Shown: positions 37,538-47,501, numbered from the stretch's first letter. The stretch is 64,000 bases of DNA from Bacteroidales bacterium (GCA_016342645.1 JAEINX010000004.1:4363-68362), one strand, 5' to 3'. Notes: a model not told the origin generated them from the letters alone. A program made the numbers and translations.

Positions 37538-37981
37538 ATGAAAAAGAATCACTTAAATAATCCAATTTTTTTGGTTGAAGATAATCCGGTTGATGTAGAT
37601 TTAACAATCAGGGCATTTAAACTTCGAAAACTTAATAATCCAATTGAAATCGCACGCGATGGAGAAGAAGCTTTAGAATGGATAGACAAATGGAATAGTG
37701 GAGCCCCATTGCCTGTTGTTATTCTTCTTGATCTTAAACTACCCAAAGTGCACGGACTGGAAGTTTTAAAAGAAATTAAATCACACGATTTACTAAAAAC
37801 TATTCCAGTAGTTGTTTTAACAACTTCATCTGAAGATATTGATGTAAAAACTGCGTATAATTTGGGAGCTAATTCATACATTATTAAACCGGTTGATTTT
37901 GATAAATTTGTTGAAGTTGCAGCCCAGATCGAATTATATTGGAATGTGTTAAATAAACCATTTTTTTCAAACTCATATTAA
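37538..37981 (+). CDS. Stand-alone response-regulator receiver (Rcp1/phytochrome-associated type)
   Basis: I prefer the ATG at 37538 (MKKNHLNNPIFLVEDNPVDVDLT...). ILLDLKLPKVHG, VVVLTTSS, NSYIIKPVDF. No output domain. Confidence 0.85.
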   Translation: MKKNHLNNPIFLVEDNPVDVDLTIRAFKLRKLNNPIEIARDGEEALEWIDKWNSGAPLPVVILLDLKLPKVHGLEVLKEIKSHDLLKTIPVVVLTTSSEDIDVKTAYNLGANSYIIKPVDFDKFVEVAAQIELYWNVLNKPFFSNSY

Positions 37982-37998
37982 AATTGAAATTAACTATC

Positions 37999-40323
37999 AT
38001 GAAAACAAAAAAACTAACAACTTTATCAGCACTCATCTTTGGTCTTTTGTTTTTTATGGTAACAATTTCTTATTCACAAGAAAACAATGATCGGTTAACT
38101 GCAAATGATCTAACCAAATTAACCTTTGAAGAATTAATGCAGGTACAAATTAAATCTGCAAGCTTGACCGCAATAGAAAGAATTAAAACACCCGGAACCA
38201 TAACTACTATCACAAGAGAAGACATTGAATTAACTCCATACCGGAATTTATTAGACCTATTAGAGGTTTATGTTCCAAGTGGAACCTTTGTTAATCATTG
38301 GTTAGGTCCACGCATTGGTATTAACGGAGTGATTAGCGACCAAAACAACTCCTACCTTCTACTTGTTGATGGAGAGAAAATGAATTTGAATTTTGAGAGT
38401 GGAGCTGTATTTGAAATTCAAAACAAGGATTTATCAGATATTGAAAAAATTGAAATCACAAGCGGACCCGGTTCAGTAATACATGGGCCGGGAGCAATAG
38501 GTGGTGTAATTTCCATAACAACAAAAAATGCCAAAACTTGTGATAAGTCAGGTATTGGTGTTAAACATGATTTTACATACAGGTATTCGATACTTAATGG
38601 CAACTATGTTATTAAAAAGAAAAAATTCTCGGCATATATGTTTGCCAGTTTCGGGAAATCTGATGGAATTAAAGAACCTGAATTTTATTATGTCGATCGT
38701 GCACATGGATATGGATATGGTTATATGTCAGAAACATGGGGAAAAAAAGGTTTGGGTTCAGCGGCACCCAATTTTTATTCCGACTTTGATAACCGACCTG
38801 AGATTAAAGCACAACTGAATATTAATTTTTTCAAAGAATTTACTTTAAGTGCAAGATATACCAACTTTAGTTTCACAAAGCAATCTCAACAGGCAGGTTC
38901 GCAGGAAGGCCCTGCTTTTCCGGGTATTTACGGACAGCAATTTTCCTCTATTTTTAAAAACAATCATAAATTCTCTGAAAAAATTCAATTAGTGAGTTCA
39001 GCCGGCTTTCAGTCGCAAAGCCATGGCGATATTGCACTTTATCAAAGAGATAAAAAACCATTTGATGACATTAGTCAACGAAAATATTCCTTCTCGGAAA
39101 AAAAAATAAGCTTACGTTCAGTTTTATCATTTCAGCCCTACGAAAAACTTAAACTTGCTATTGGTTCGGAATACAACTATTGGTTCTATGGAACTGAGTG
39201 GGGAAAAGAGAAAAATAGTTTAATACTGGATTTTCCTTCTCCAATTCTATTCGCAATAACAGATACAACATCTGGCTTTTACGCAACATACAATCAGAAT
39301 AATATTGTTACTTTAATTGATAAAAGAATTAATGCAAACCAAATCTCAGGTTTTTTTGAAGTCAACTATCAGCCTATTGAAAAAACAACTGTTTTGGTCT
39401 CAGGCAGAATAGACAAACACAATCTTGCCGAAGTTGCTTTCTCACCAAGAGTGGCACTCATACAACAAATTAGCAATAATAATTACCTAAAAGTGATTGG
39501 TCAGCAATCTGTTCGTTTGCCAAATTTTCGTGAATTGTATGCAATCAATTATGCAGGTGGAAATCCTTCTGCTCCTGAAAAACTTAGAGGATTTGAATTG
39601 ATTTTCACACGTGTTCAAAACAAAAATCTTATTTTTAACGTATCAGCCTTTCATCAATCCATTGACCAAATAGCATGGATTGATAGTGATAAATCCGGAG
39701 TAATTGGAACTTTTAATACCGCCGGTTTTGAAATTGATGCCTCTTATAAATTGAACCGTTTTTCTGTGGCATTTAGCTATTCTTATATTCGGCAAATTGA
39801 TTGGAAAGCTAAATATGAAGCTGAGTACTATCTTTCTAAAATTGGCCCTGACAGTATTGATATGCCTCTTATCGGTGCAGGAGAAAACAGAATTAATAAT
39901 TTCCCAAAACACCAACTAAAGTTTAACTCATCTTTTAAAATTAAAAATTCACTATTTATACATCTTGATGGTAGATTTGCAGCAAAACAAGAGCAAATGG
40001 ATATGCTAAATATGTTTAAAGATGTGCATGACAATTACGGGCTTGAACATACAAGGAATGAAATGCAAGCCATTTTTGACGATCTGATAGGCAAAGGATA
40101 TGGAAAAGCTTCCTTCACTTCAAACTTATCAATTCGCTATACACTTCCTTTTAAAAAACTTAATCTGTCATTATCAGCCTATGTTATGAACATATTTTCA
40201 GTAAACCATATCAGGTATGTATATCAATTTTGGGAATATGATGACTGTAGGCAATACCCCAGACAAGTAGGATTTATTAATGAACCGATTTCATTTGCTT
40301 TAAAATTAAACGTAAAGTTGTAA
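37999..40323 (+). CDS. TonB-dependent receptor-like outer-membrane protein
   Basis: The track ORF begins at a TTG (37984); the ATG at 37999 gives MKTKKLTTLSALIFGLLFF (signal peptide). Plug domain (TPGTITTITREDIELTPYRNLLDLLEVYVPSG...IEITSGPGSVIHGPGAIGGVISITTK), then a long beta-rich region. Confidence 0.8.
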   Translation: MKTKKLTTLSALIFGLLFFMVTISYSQENNDRLTANDLTKLTFEELMQVQIKSASLTAIERIKTPGTITTITREDIELTPYRNLLDLLEVYVPSGTFVNHWLGPRIGINGVISDQNNSYLLLVDGEKMNLNFESGAVFEIQNKDLSDIEKIEITSGPGSVIHGPGAIGGVISITTKNAKTCDKSGIGVKHDFTYRYSILNGNYVIKKKKFSAYMFASFGKSDGIKEPEFYYVDRAHGYGYGYMSETWGKKGLGSAAPNFYSDFDNRPEIKAQLNINFFKEFTLSARYTNFSFTKQSQQAGSQEGPAFPGIYGQQFSSIFKNNHKFSEKIQLVSSAGFQSQSHGDIALYQRDKKPFDDISQRKYSFSEKKISLRSVLSFQPYEKLKLAIGSEYNYWFYGTEWGKEKNSLILDFPSPILFAITDTTSGFYATYNQNNIVTLIDKRINANQISGFFEVNYQPIEKTTVLVSGRIDKHNLAEVAFSPRVALIQQISNNNYLKVIGQQSVRLPNFRELYAINYAGGNPSAPEKLRGFELIFTRVQNKNLIFNVSAFHQSIDQIAWIDSDKSGVIGTFNTAGFEIDASYKLNRFSVAFSYSYIRQIDWKAKYEAEYYLSKIGPDSIDMPLIGAGENRINNFPKHQLKFNSSFKIKNSLFIHLDGRFAAKQEQMDMLNMFKDVHDNYGLEHTRNEMQAIFDDLIGKGYGKASFTSNLSIRYTLPFKKLNLSLSAYVMNIFSVNHIRYVYQFWEYDDCRQYPRQVGFINEPISFALKLNVKL

Positions 40324-40329
40324 TTACTT

Positions 40330-40857
40330 ATGAGGAAAGTTGTAAAATATATTTTTCTGTTAATTTTATGTATTGTGAACCATTTTGCTTATTCGCAAAC
40401 AACAGAAACAGAATTAAAAGTAGCTTACATAGAGCGTTTTACTCGATTCATAGAATGGCCCGAAAAATTTGAAAACAATACATGTAGAATAGCAGTTATA
40501 GGTAAAAATCCTTTTGACATGTCACTTGATGAGCTATTTGCTAATGTAAAAATTAAAAATCAAAACACGGAATTAATCTATACAGATAGACTAAGCGATT
40601 TAACGAATGCAAACCTTGTTTTTATTTCGGGTTCCGAAAAGAAAAGAATTAAAGAAATTCTTACGTTAATTGGTGAAAAACCAATACTTATTATTAGTGA
40701 CACAAAAGGATTTTGTGATATGGGCACTCATATTAATATGTTTTTAGATGGTAAACATATAAGATTCGAAATAAATGAAGAGGCAATTGAAAAATCAGGA
40801 CTGAAAATTAGCAGCCTACTGCTGGCTTCAGCTAAAATTGTAAAAACAAATGATTAA
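40330..40857 (+). CDS. YfiR-like periplasmic protein (DUF4154)
   Basis: 175 aa. Signal peptide, then LKVAYIERFTRFIEWPE...RIAVIG...LVFISGSEKK...PILIISDTKGFCDMGTHINMF...IRFEINEEAIEKSGLKISSLLLASAKIV. This follows the DUF4154/YfiR pattern as I remember it. Confidence 0.7.
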   Translation: MRKVVKYIFLLILCIVNHFAYSQTTETELKVAYIERFTRFIEWPEKFENNTCRIAVIGKNPFDMSLDELFANVKIKNQNTELIYTDRLSDLTNANLVFISGSEKKRIKEILTLIGEKPILIISDTKGFCDMGTHINMFLDGKHIRFEINEEAIEKSGLKISSLLLASAKIVKTND

Positions 40858-42148
40858 AATAAAGTTCATACAAAATCTTTCAATAAAGAATAAAATAGTT
40901 GCCATTATTTTATTGGTTACATATTTAAGCCTTGGCATAGGATTTGCATTTGTTGCTATGTGGGATATTAGCAGGTTAAAATCTGAAATTCAATCAAATT
41001 TAGTATTAAACGCCAAACTTATAGGTGATTATTGTGTCGTGCCTCTAACATTTGATGATAATCAGCAGGCAACAAAAGTATTATCACGCCTACGATATAT
41101 CAAATTTATTGAAACAGCTTGTATTTTTGACAAGGAAGGAAAACTTTTTGTAACCTATTCGGATACTGTAGATAAAAGTATATTTTTACCTCTTAATGAA
41201 CAACCAAACAGTATGTTTAAAAATGGGTATTTCTATGTTCAGGTACCTATTCAGTACCAAAATGAAATGTATGGGACTATTTGTTTAAAGGCAAATTCAC
41301 AACCACTTACTGATGTAAAGAGGACTTTACTTATAACACTTTCCCTATTAACCCTGGTGCTGGTTTTTTTATCATTTATTATGGCAGGCTGGATGCAAAG
41401 ATTTTTGTCCGTACCAATAATTAAATTAAAAGATCACTTTGATAAAATATCCAAATCTCAGGACTTTTCAGTGCACATACAAAAAATGAGCGATGATGAA
41501 ACAGGAAGTCTTTACGATGGATTTAACAAACTTATAAATCAAATAAACCTCAATCAAAAAGAACGTGATAAAGCAGTAGAATCGCTTCGTGAGAGTGAAG
41601 AAAAATATAGGAAAGTATCAGATAATTCACCTGCGGTTCTCTACAGGTTCAGAATGTCCTCTGATGGAGATTTTTCTTTTTCCTATGTTAGTAATAAGGT
41701 ATTAAGCGTTATGGGTATAAACTCTGAAGCCATTTTAAAAGATCCATCAAAACTTCTTGACATGGTACATCCTGATGACCGTGAATACTTTTATCAGGAA
41801 GTAATGAAATCAGCAAAATATCTCAAAGCCTTTCCTGTAGTATTCAGGTGTATAAAAGAAGGAGAAATAATATGGATAGAGGCACATGGAACACCAACAC
41901 CAATGAATGATGGAGGTATGCTCTGGGATGGTTTCCTTCTTGATATTACTGAACGCAAACTAGCTGAAATGGAAATCAAAAAATTGAATGAAGAACTTGA
42001 AGAACGCGTTAATGAACGAACAAAGGAACTAAAATTAAAATATTCAGAACTTGAGAAAATGAATCAAATTTTTATTGGTCGTGAGCTAAAAATGATAGAG
42101 CTAAAAAGTGTTATAACTAAACTTGAACAAAAAACAAACGATAAGTAA
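40850..42148 (+). CDS. Membrane sensor: TM - periplasmic CHASE8-like domain - TM - HAMP - PAS - coiled coil, with no output domain
   Basis: 432 aa. The start overlaps the YfiR-like stop (ATGATTAA). Periplasmic segment LVLNAKLIGDYCVVPLTFDDNQQATKVLSRLRYIKFIETACIFDKEGKLFVTY, HAMP (VPIIKLKDHFDKI...ETGSLYDGFNKLINQIN), and one PAS (ESEEKYRKVSDNSPAVLYRF...LLDITERK). Ends right after ...NQIFIGRELKMIELKSVITKLEQKTNDK. Confidence 0.75.
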   Translation: MIKIKFIQNLSIKNKIVAIILLVTYLSLGIGFAFVAMWDISRLKSEIQSNLVLNAKLIGDYCVVPLTFDDNQQATKVLSRLRYIKFIETACIFDKEGKLFVTYSDTVDKSIFLPLNEQPNSMFKNGYFYVQVPIQYQNEMYGTICLKANSQPLTDVKRTLLITLSLLTLVLVFLSFIMAGWMQRFLSVPIIKLKDHFDKISKSQDFSVHIQKMSDDETGSLYDGFNKLINQINLNQKERDKAVESLRESEEKYRKVSDNSPAVLYRFRMSSDGDFSFSYVSNKVLSVMGINSEAILKDPSKLLDMVHPDDREYFYQEVMKSAKYLKAFPVVFRCIKEGEIIWIEAHGTPTPMNDGGMLWDGFLLDITERKLAEMEIKKLNEELEERVNERTKELKLKYSELEKMNQIFIGRELKMIELKSVITKLEQKTNDK

Positions 42149-42161
42149 AAAATGAACAAGA

Positions 42162-45100
42162 ATGAAAGATAATATACTTGATTTAATAGATTTTGAGAAA
42201 GTAAATTTACTATTGGAAGGTTTTAATAAATCAACCGGATTTGTTACTGCAATATTAGACCTTGAAGGAAATATTTTATCGAAATCAGGTTGGAGACAGA
42301 TTTGTACTGAATTTCATAGGGTTCATACCGAAACGGCAAAAAAATGCAAAATAAGTGATACAGTATTGGCAGGGAAATTAGGCAAAGGCGAAAAATATCA
42401 TTCCTATAAATGTTTAAATGGATTGGTTGATGTTGCAGTTCCAATAATTATTAATGACGAACATATTGCAAACCTTTTTTCAGGACAATTTTTCTTCGAA
42501 AAACCTAATCGTGACTTTTTTATTAAACAAGCCGAAAAATATAATTTCAAAAAAAAGGATTATCTCGAAGCACTCGACAAAGTTCCTGTTGTATCAGAAG
42601 AAAAAGTTAAAACAGCAATGGATTTTTTACTTGAGATGACACTTCTAATTACTGAAATGTCTCAACAGAGAATTGATCAAATAGAATTGAATAAAACCTT
42701 AAAAGAAAGCGAAGAAAGATTTCGTATATTATACAATAATTCTCCCGACATGTATGTTTCGGTTTCTCCGGTTGATGCAAGCATTCTTCAGTGTAACGAA
42801 ACACTTTTAAAAAATTTGGATTATGCACGAGAGGAAATAATTGGAGCCCATGTATATAAGGTCTACCATAAAAGCTGTATAGCTGAAGTGAAAAATGCAT
42901 TTCGCCAGTTTGTGGAAACAGGTGAAGTTTCAGGAAAAGAGCTAATTCTAAAAAGAAAAGATGGAAGTTCTATTGATGTTAGTTTGAATGTTAATTCTGT
43001 AAAAGATGAGAATGGGAAGATACTCTATTCCATTTCTTCATGGCGCGATATTTCAGCACAAAAAAAAGCAATTGAAGAATTAAAAAAAGAAAAACAATTT
43101 TTAGAAGCTGTTTTCGATAGTATTTCGGAGGGAATAGTTTCCTGCGATGCTAATGGTATTCTTAATCGCTTTAATAACGCCACCAAAGAGTTTCATGGAT
43201 TGCCTGATATGCCCATTGCTGCTGACAAATGGGCAGAGCATTACAATATCTTTTTCCCTGATGGTAAAACTCCGATGCAAAAAAAAGATATCCCTCTGTT
43301 TAGAGCATTTACTGAGGGAGTTGCAAAAGATGTTGAGATGATGATAATTCCTAAAGATGGGAGTAAACGCTTGCTCGTTTCCAATGGAAAGGTATTAAAA
43401 GATTCCGATGGAAAAACACTCGGTGCTGTGGTGGCAATGCATGATATTACTGAACGCAAGCAGGCTGAAGAAAAACTGAAAGAAAGCGAGGAGAAATTTC
43501 GTACATTTGTAAATACTGCATCCGACTTGATGTGTATCACAAACAAAGACGGACAATTAACAGATGTAAATAGTGCCATGGTCGATATTTTAGACTATTC
43601 AATAGAAGAACTAAAGGAGATGCATATTTCCAACCTTTTAACGAAAGAAGCCCTGAAAAACGATTTCGAGCCGAATTGGAAAAAATTCGTAGAAGACGGA
43701 AAAATAAAGATTGAAACTACCTTTAAGACAAAAAGCGGGAATGAAATCCCCGGAGAATTGAAAGCAATTGCCATTTACAATAGTTCAGACAAGATTATTG
43801 GAACAAGAGCGGTTTTTTCTGACTTCACCGAGCGAAAGCAAGCAGAAGCTGCCTTACTGGAAAGTGAAGAAAAATTCAGATTGGCATTTAAAACCAGTCC
43901 TGATTCTGTTAATATTAATCGGCTGGAAGATGGCTTATACGTGGATATTAATGATAGTTTTACTCAGATTACAGGATACACCCGTGAAGAAACGATTGGA
44001 AAGACTTCAAACGAAATTAATATATGGACTAATTTTGAAGACCGGACTCGTTTGGTGAAGAGATTAAAAAAATCTGGGAAAGTTGAGAATTTGGAAGCAA
44101 AATTTAAACTTAAAGATAACCGAATTATTGTTGGTCTAATGTCAGCAGTTGTAATATCCATTAATAATGTCCCGCATATCTTGTCAATTACAAGAGATAT
44201 TTCGAATCTTAAGCATACCGAAATTGAGTTAAAGAAACAAAAAGAAATGTTTGAGTTGGTTATCAATTCGGTTCCTACACGAATTTTTTGGAAAGATTTA
44301 AATTCTGTCTATTTAGGATGTAATAGTTCTTTTGTTAAAGCCGTAAGACAGAATAAAGTCAATGATGTTATAGGAAAAACTGATTTTGATTTGATTTGGA
44401 GTAATGAAGCTGAAAAATATATTAATGATGATAAACAAGTTATTAAATCAGGAGTTCCAAAATTAAGGTATGATGAGTATTATTTATTACCCGATGGTAA
44501 AAAAGTGTGGTGGCATTCCAGTAAAATGCCATTAAAAGATAGTGACGGAAAAATCTTTGGAATATTAGCAACATCAGAAGATGTTACAGAACGGAAAGAA
44601 TTTTTAAAAACGCTACAAGAAAGAAATACATATATAGAATCAATATTAGGAAATATGCCTATTGGATTTGCTTTAAACACTATTAGTGATGGCGATGTAA
44701 AATATATGAATAACAATTTCGAAGAAATTTATGGATGGTCAAGAGACGTTCTTACAAATACTAGCATATTTTTCGAAAAAGTTTTCCCTAACCCGGAATA
44801 TCGCAAAAAAATGAAAGCTAAAATAATTGCCGATATGGAAAGTGGTGATCCGGAAAGAATGAATTGGAAAGATATAAAAATTGTTACCCGTTCTGGGGAA
44901 GAACGATATGTGCATGCCTACAATATTCCACTAATTGAACAAAACCTTATGATTTCAACTGTCCAAGACACAACAAAACGTAGATTAGCCGAAGATGAGG
45001 TGATAAAACATCGCAATCATTTAGAAGAATTGGTTAAAGCAAGGACTGCAGAACTGGAAGAAAAAAACAAGGAACTTGAAAATTTCAACAAGGTTTTTGT

Positions 45101-45182
45101 AGGGAGAGAATTACGTATGATAGAATTAAAGAATAAAATTAAAGAGTTGGAAAACAAGAACAATAAAAGCAAATCGAATTAA
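42162..45182 (+). CDS. Cytoplasmic multi-sensor protein: PocR domain + about six PAS domains + coiled coil, with no output domain
   Basis: 1006 aa. N-terminal PocR-like region (FNKSTGFVTAILDLEGNILSKSGWRQICTEFHR...YKCLNGLVDVAVPIII...ANLFSGQFFF). PAS starts at ESEERFRILYNN, EKQFLEAVFDS, ESEEKFRTFVNT, ESEEKFRLAFKT, KQKEMFELVINS and QERNTYIESILG. Ends with ...ELENFNKVFVGRELRMIELKNKIKELENKNNKSKSN. Confidence 0.8.
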   Translation: MKDNILDLIDFEKVNLLLEGFNKSTGFVTAILDLEGNILSKSGWRQICTEFHRVHTETAKKCKISDTVLAGKLGKGEKYHSYKCLNGLVDVAVPIIINDEHIANLFSGQFFFEKPNRDFFIKQAEKYNFKKKDYLEALDKVPVVSEEKVKTAMDFLLEMTLLITEMSQQRIDQIELNKTLKESEERFRILYNNSPDMYVSVSPVDASILQCNETLLKNLDYAREEIIGAHVYKVYHKSCIAEVKNAFRQFVETGEVSGKELILKRKDGSSIDVSLNVNSVKDENGKILYSISSWRDISAQKKAIEELKKEKQFLEAVFDSISEGIVSCDANGILNRFNNATKEFHGLPDMPIAADKWAEHYNIFFPDGKTPMQKKDIPLFRAFTEGVAKDVEMMIIPKDGSKRLLVSNGKVLKDSDGKTLGAVVAMHDITERKQAEEKLKESEEKFRTFVNTASDLMCITNKDGQLTDVNSAMVDILDYSIEELKEMHISNLLTKEALKNDFEPNWKKFVEDGKIKIETTFKTKSGNEIPGELKAIAIYNSSDKIIGTRAVFSDFTERKQAEAALLESEEKFRLAFKTSPDSVNINRLEDGLYVDINDSFTQITGYTREETIGKTSNEINIWTNFEDRTRLVKRLKKSGKVENLEAKFKLKDNRIIVGLMSAVVISINNVPHILSITRDISNLKHTEIELKKQKEMFELVINSVPTRIFWKDLNSVYLGCNSSFVKAVRQNKVNDVIGKTDFDLIWSNEAEKYINDDKQVIKSGVPKLRYDEYYLLPDGKKVWWHSSKMPLKDSDGKIFGILATSEDVTERKEFLKTLQERNTYIESILGNMPIGFALNTISDGDVKYMNNNFEEIYGWSRDVLTNTSIFFEKVFPNPEYRKKMKAKIIADMESGDPERMNWKDIKIVTRSGEERYVHAYNIPLIEQNLMISTVQDTTKRRLAEDEVIKHRNHLEELVKARTAELEEKNKELENFNKVFVGRELRMIELKNKIKELENKNNKSKSN

Positions 45183-47075
45183 ATGAAGTTGTTTAATGTA
45201 TATATAAATAAGCAGGATTCCGTTCAGCAGATTAGAAAACGATTACTTTATATAATTTTATTTTTACTTACGGCATTAGGAACACCGGTCCTGATTATTG
45301 CGGGAGTTGAGGCATATATGTTAAAACAGTTTTCCACCATCCTGATTTATGTATTATTTTTTATTCCTGTTTTATTGGTAACTATTTTTCGCAAACAATT
45401 AAAATACAAATATATCGTATATGTTGTATTGTTTTTTTGTGAGTTTATCGCTGTTAATAATATTGTGATTTACGGTTTTGGCGGTGCAGGAATTCCAATA
45501 TTTTTTAGCTTGTTTGTTTTAACAACAATTTTTCTTGACCAAAAGTCGGCTCTGATTATGATTCTTATATCAGCTTTATCAATGTGTATAATAGGATTTC
45601 TTTATGTAAAACAACATATTGTATTGGATGTCTCCCTTGATGAGATTTCAACCAAACCCATTTCATGGATCACAGCTATTTCGGTTGTTGTTTTTTTAGG
45701 TGCATTGATTATTATCAGCAACGGATTAATTCAGTCGAAAATGTTGCATAGTATCAAATTAGCTAAAAAGAAAGCAGATGAACTTAACATAACAAATGAA
45801 AAATTAAGAAAGGATATCCAGGAGCGAATAAAAATAGAGCTTGAATTAAAGGAAAGTGAAGTCCGGTTTAGCTCTATTGTTGAACAATCGGGAGATTCAA
45901 TATATATGTTTGATTTTGAGGGAAATATTTTAGCGGTAAATAAAAAGGCTTGCAAAACACTTGCTTATGAAAGAAACGAACTGATCAAATTAAATATTAC
46001 TGATATTGTTACCAAATTCAATAATAAAAATGATCTGAGAGATATATTGAATAATATACAATCAGGTGAATCATACACCATTGAAACCAACCATAAGAAT
46101 ATCAATGGTATTATATTTCCGGTCGAAGTTACCTTTGGTCTTTACGAATATTCAAATATAAAGTCAATTCTGGGACTTGCCAGAGATATTAGCAAACGAA
46201 AACAAATTGAAAAACAAATTGAAAAATTAAATAAAGAACTTGAACAAAGAGTATTGGAGAGAACAATAGAAGTTGAAAACAAAAGTAAAGAATTGGAAAA
46301 TACTAAATCCGCACTTTTAAATATTGTTGAGGACTTAAATGAAAAGTCGTTTTTGCTGGAAGAAAGTACTAAAAAACTTGAAAAAGCCAATAAAGAACTT
46401 GAGGCATTTACTTATTCGGTCTCGCATGATTTAAAAGCACCGCTTCGTGGAATCGATGGATATAGTAAATTATTACTTGAACTCTACTCTGATAAACTTA
46501 ACCAAGAAGCCCAAACCTTTATCAGTAATATCCGTTCAGGCACCATGCAGATGAACCAATTAATTGAAGATTTATTAGCCTATTCACGTTTGGAAAGATC
46601 AAATATGCAAAATAGAGAAATTGATATTAGAAGAATTTTAGATAATATAATTGCAAATTATTATGAAGAAATAACATCAAGAAACATAAAAATTGTCAAT
46701 GATGTAAAAAAAACTATTATCTTTACAGATTACAATGGACTTGCGATGGTAATAAGAAATCTAATAGGAAATGCTATAAAATTTACAAAAAAAATTCAAG
46801 CACCGGTGATAAATATTAATTTTATTCAAACTAGCTCTTATTGGGAGTTAATTATTCAGGATAACGGTATTGGTTTTAAGATGGCATATCACGATAAGAT
46901 TTTTGAAATTTTTCATCGTTTACATAACGTTGAAGATTATCCGGGAACCGGAATAGGCCTGGCATTAGTTAAGAAAGCCATTAATCGAATGGGAGGGACC
47001 ATAAGGGCAGAAAGCGAAATCAATTCCGGTGCTAAATTTTTCATTAAACTACCAAAAAACATTAACTATGAATAG
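45183..47075 (+). CDS. Multi-TM sensor histidine kinase (about 6-7 TM - PAS - coiled coil - HisKA - HATPase)
   Basis: 630 aa. The ATG directly abuts the preceding stop codon. Hydrophobic N-terminal 190 aa, PAS (ESEVRFSSIVEQSGDSIYMFDFEGN), H-box ELEAFTYSVSHDLKAPLRGIDGY, N box NLIGNAIKFT, then DNGIGF and GTGIGLALV. Confidence 0.85.
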   Translation: MKLFNVYINKQDSVQQIRKRLLYIILFLLTALGTPVLIIAGVEAYMLKQFSTILIYVLFFIPVLLVTIFRKQLKYKYIVYVVLFFCEFIAVNNIVIYGFGGAGIPIFFSLFVLTTIFLDQKSALIMILISALSMCIIGFLYVKQHIVLDVSLDEISTKPISWITAISVVVFLGALIIISNGLIQSKMLHSIKLAKKKADELNITNEKLRKDIQERIKIELELKESEVRFSSIVEQSGDSIYMFDFEGNILAVNKKACKTLAYERNELIKLNITDIVTKFNNKNDLRDILNNIQSGESYTIETNHKNINGIIFPVEVTFGLYEYSNIKSILGLARDISKRKQIEKQIEKLNKELEQRVLERTIEVENKSKELENTKSALLNIVEDLNEKSFLLEESTKKLEKANKELEAFTYSVSHDLKAPLRGIDGYSKLLLELYSDKLNQEAQTFISNIRSGTMQMNQLIEDLLAYSRLERSNMQNREIDIRRILDNIIANYYEEITSRNIKIVNDVKKTIIFTDYNGLAMVIRNLIGNAIKFTKKIQAPVININFIQTSSYWELIIQDNGIGFKMAYHDKIFEIFHRLHNVEDYPGTGIGLALVKKAINRMGGTIRAESEINSGAKFFIKLPKNINYE

Positions 47076-47501
47076 AAATCACCTAAATCATTCAATCTTT
47101 TTGGTTGAAGATAACCCTGTTGATATAGACTTAACCATCAGGGCTTTTAAACTTCGAAAGTTGACAAATCCAATTGAAATTGCTCGTGACGGAGAAGAAG
47201 CTCTGGAATGGATAAACAAATGGAATAATGGAGAGCACCATTGCCTGTTGTAATTCTTCTTGATCTTAAGTTACCAAAAGTTCACGGACTTGAAGTGTTA
47301 AAAGAACTTAAATCACACGATTTATTGAAAACTATTCCGGTTGTAGTTTTAACAACTTCATCAGACGATAGAGACATAAAAACTTCATATAATTTGGGAG
47401 CTAATTCATACATTGTTAAACCTGTTGATTTTGAAAAATTTATTGAGGTTGCAGCTCAAATTGAAATATACTGGAATGTTCTGAATAAGCCATGTTTATA
47501 A
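47068..47501 (+). pseudogene. Frameshifted stand-alone receiver, paralog of 37538..37981
   Basis: The two track ORFs (47029..47253 and 47241..47501) together are colinear with the 37538 receiver. Compared with that copy, GGAGCCCCATTGCC is GGAGAGCACCATTGCC here (net +2 nt near 47232-47238). This runs into a TAA at 47251 before the phospho-acceptor Asp. The ATG at 47068 overlaps the kinase stop. Confidence 0.75.

Noticed and set aside
47225-47255. A programmed ribosomal frameshift in the receiver gene.
   Set aside because: No slippery heptamer or downstream structure is evident, and a net +2 indel relative to the paralog is not a typical recoding configuration. A mutation or sequencing error is more parsimonious.
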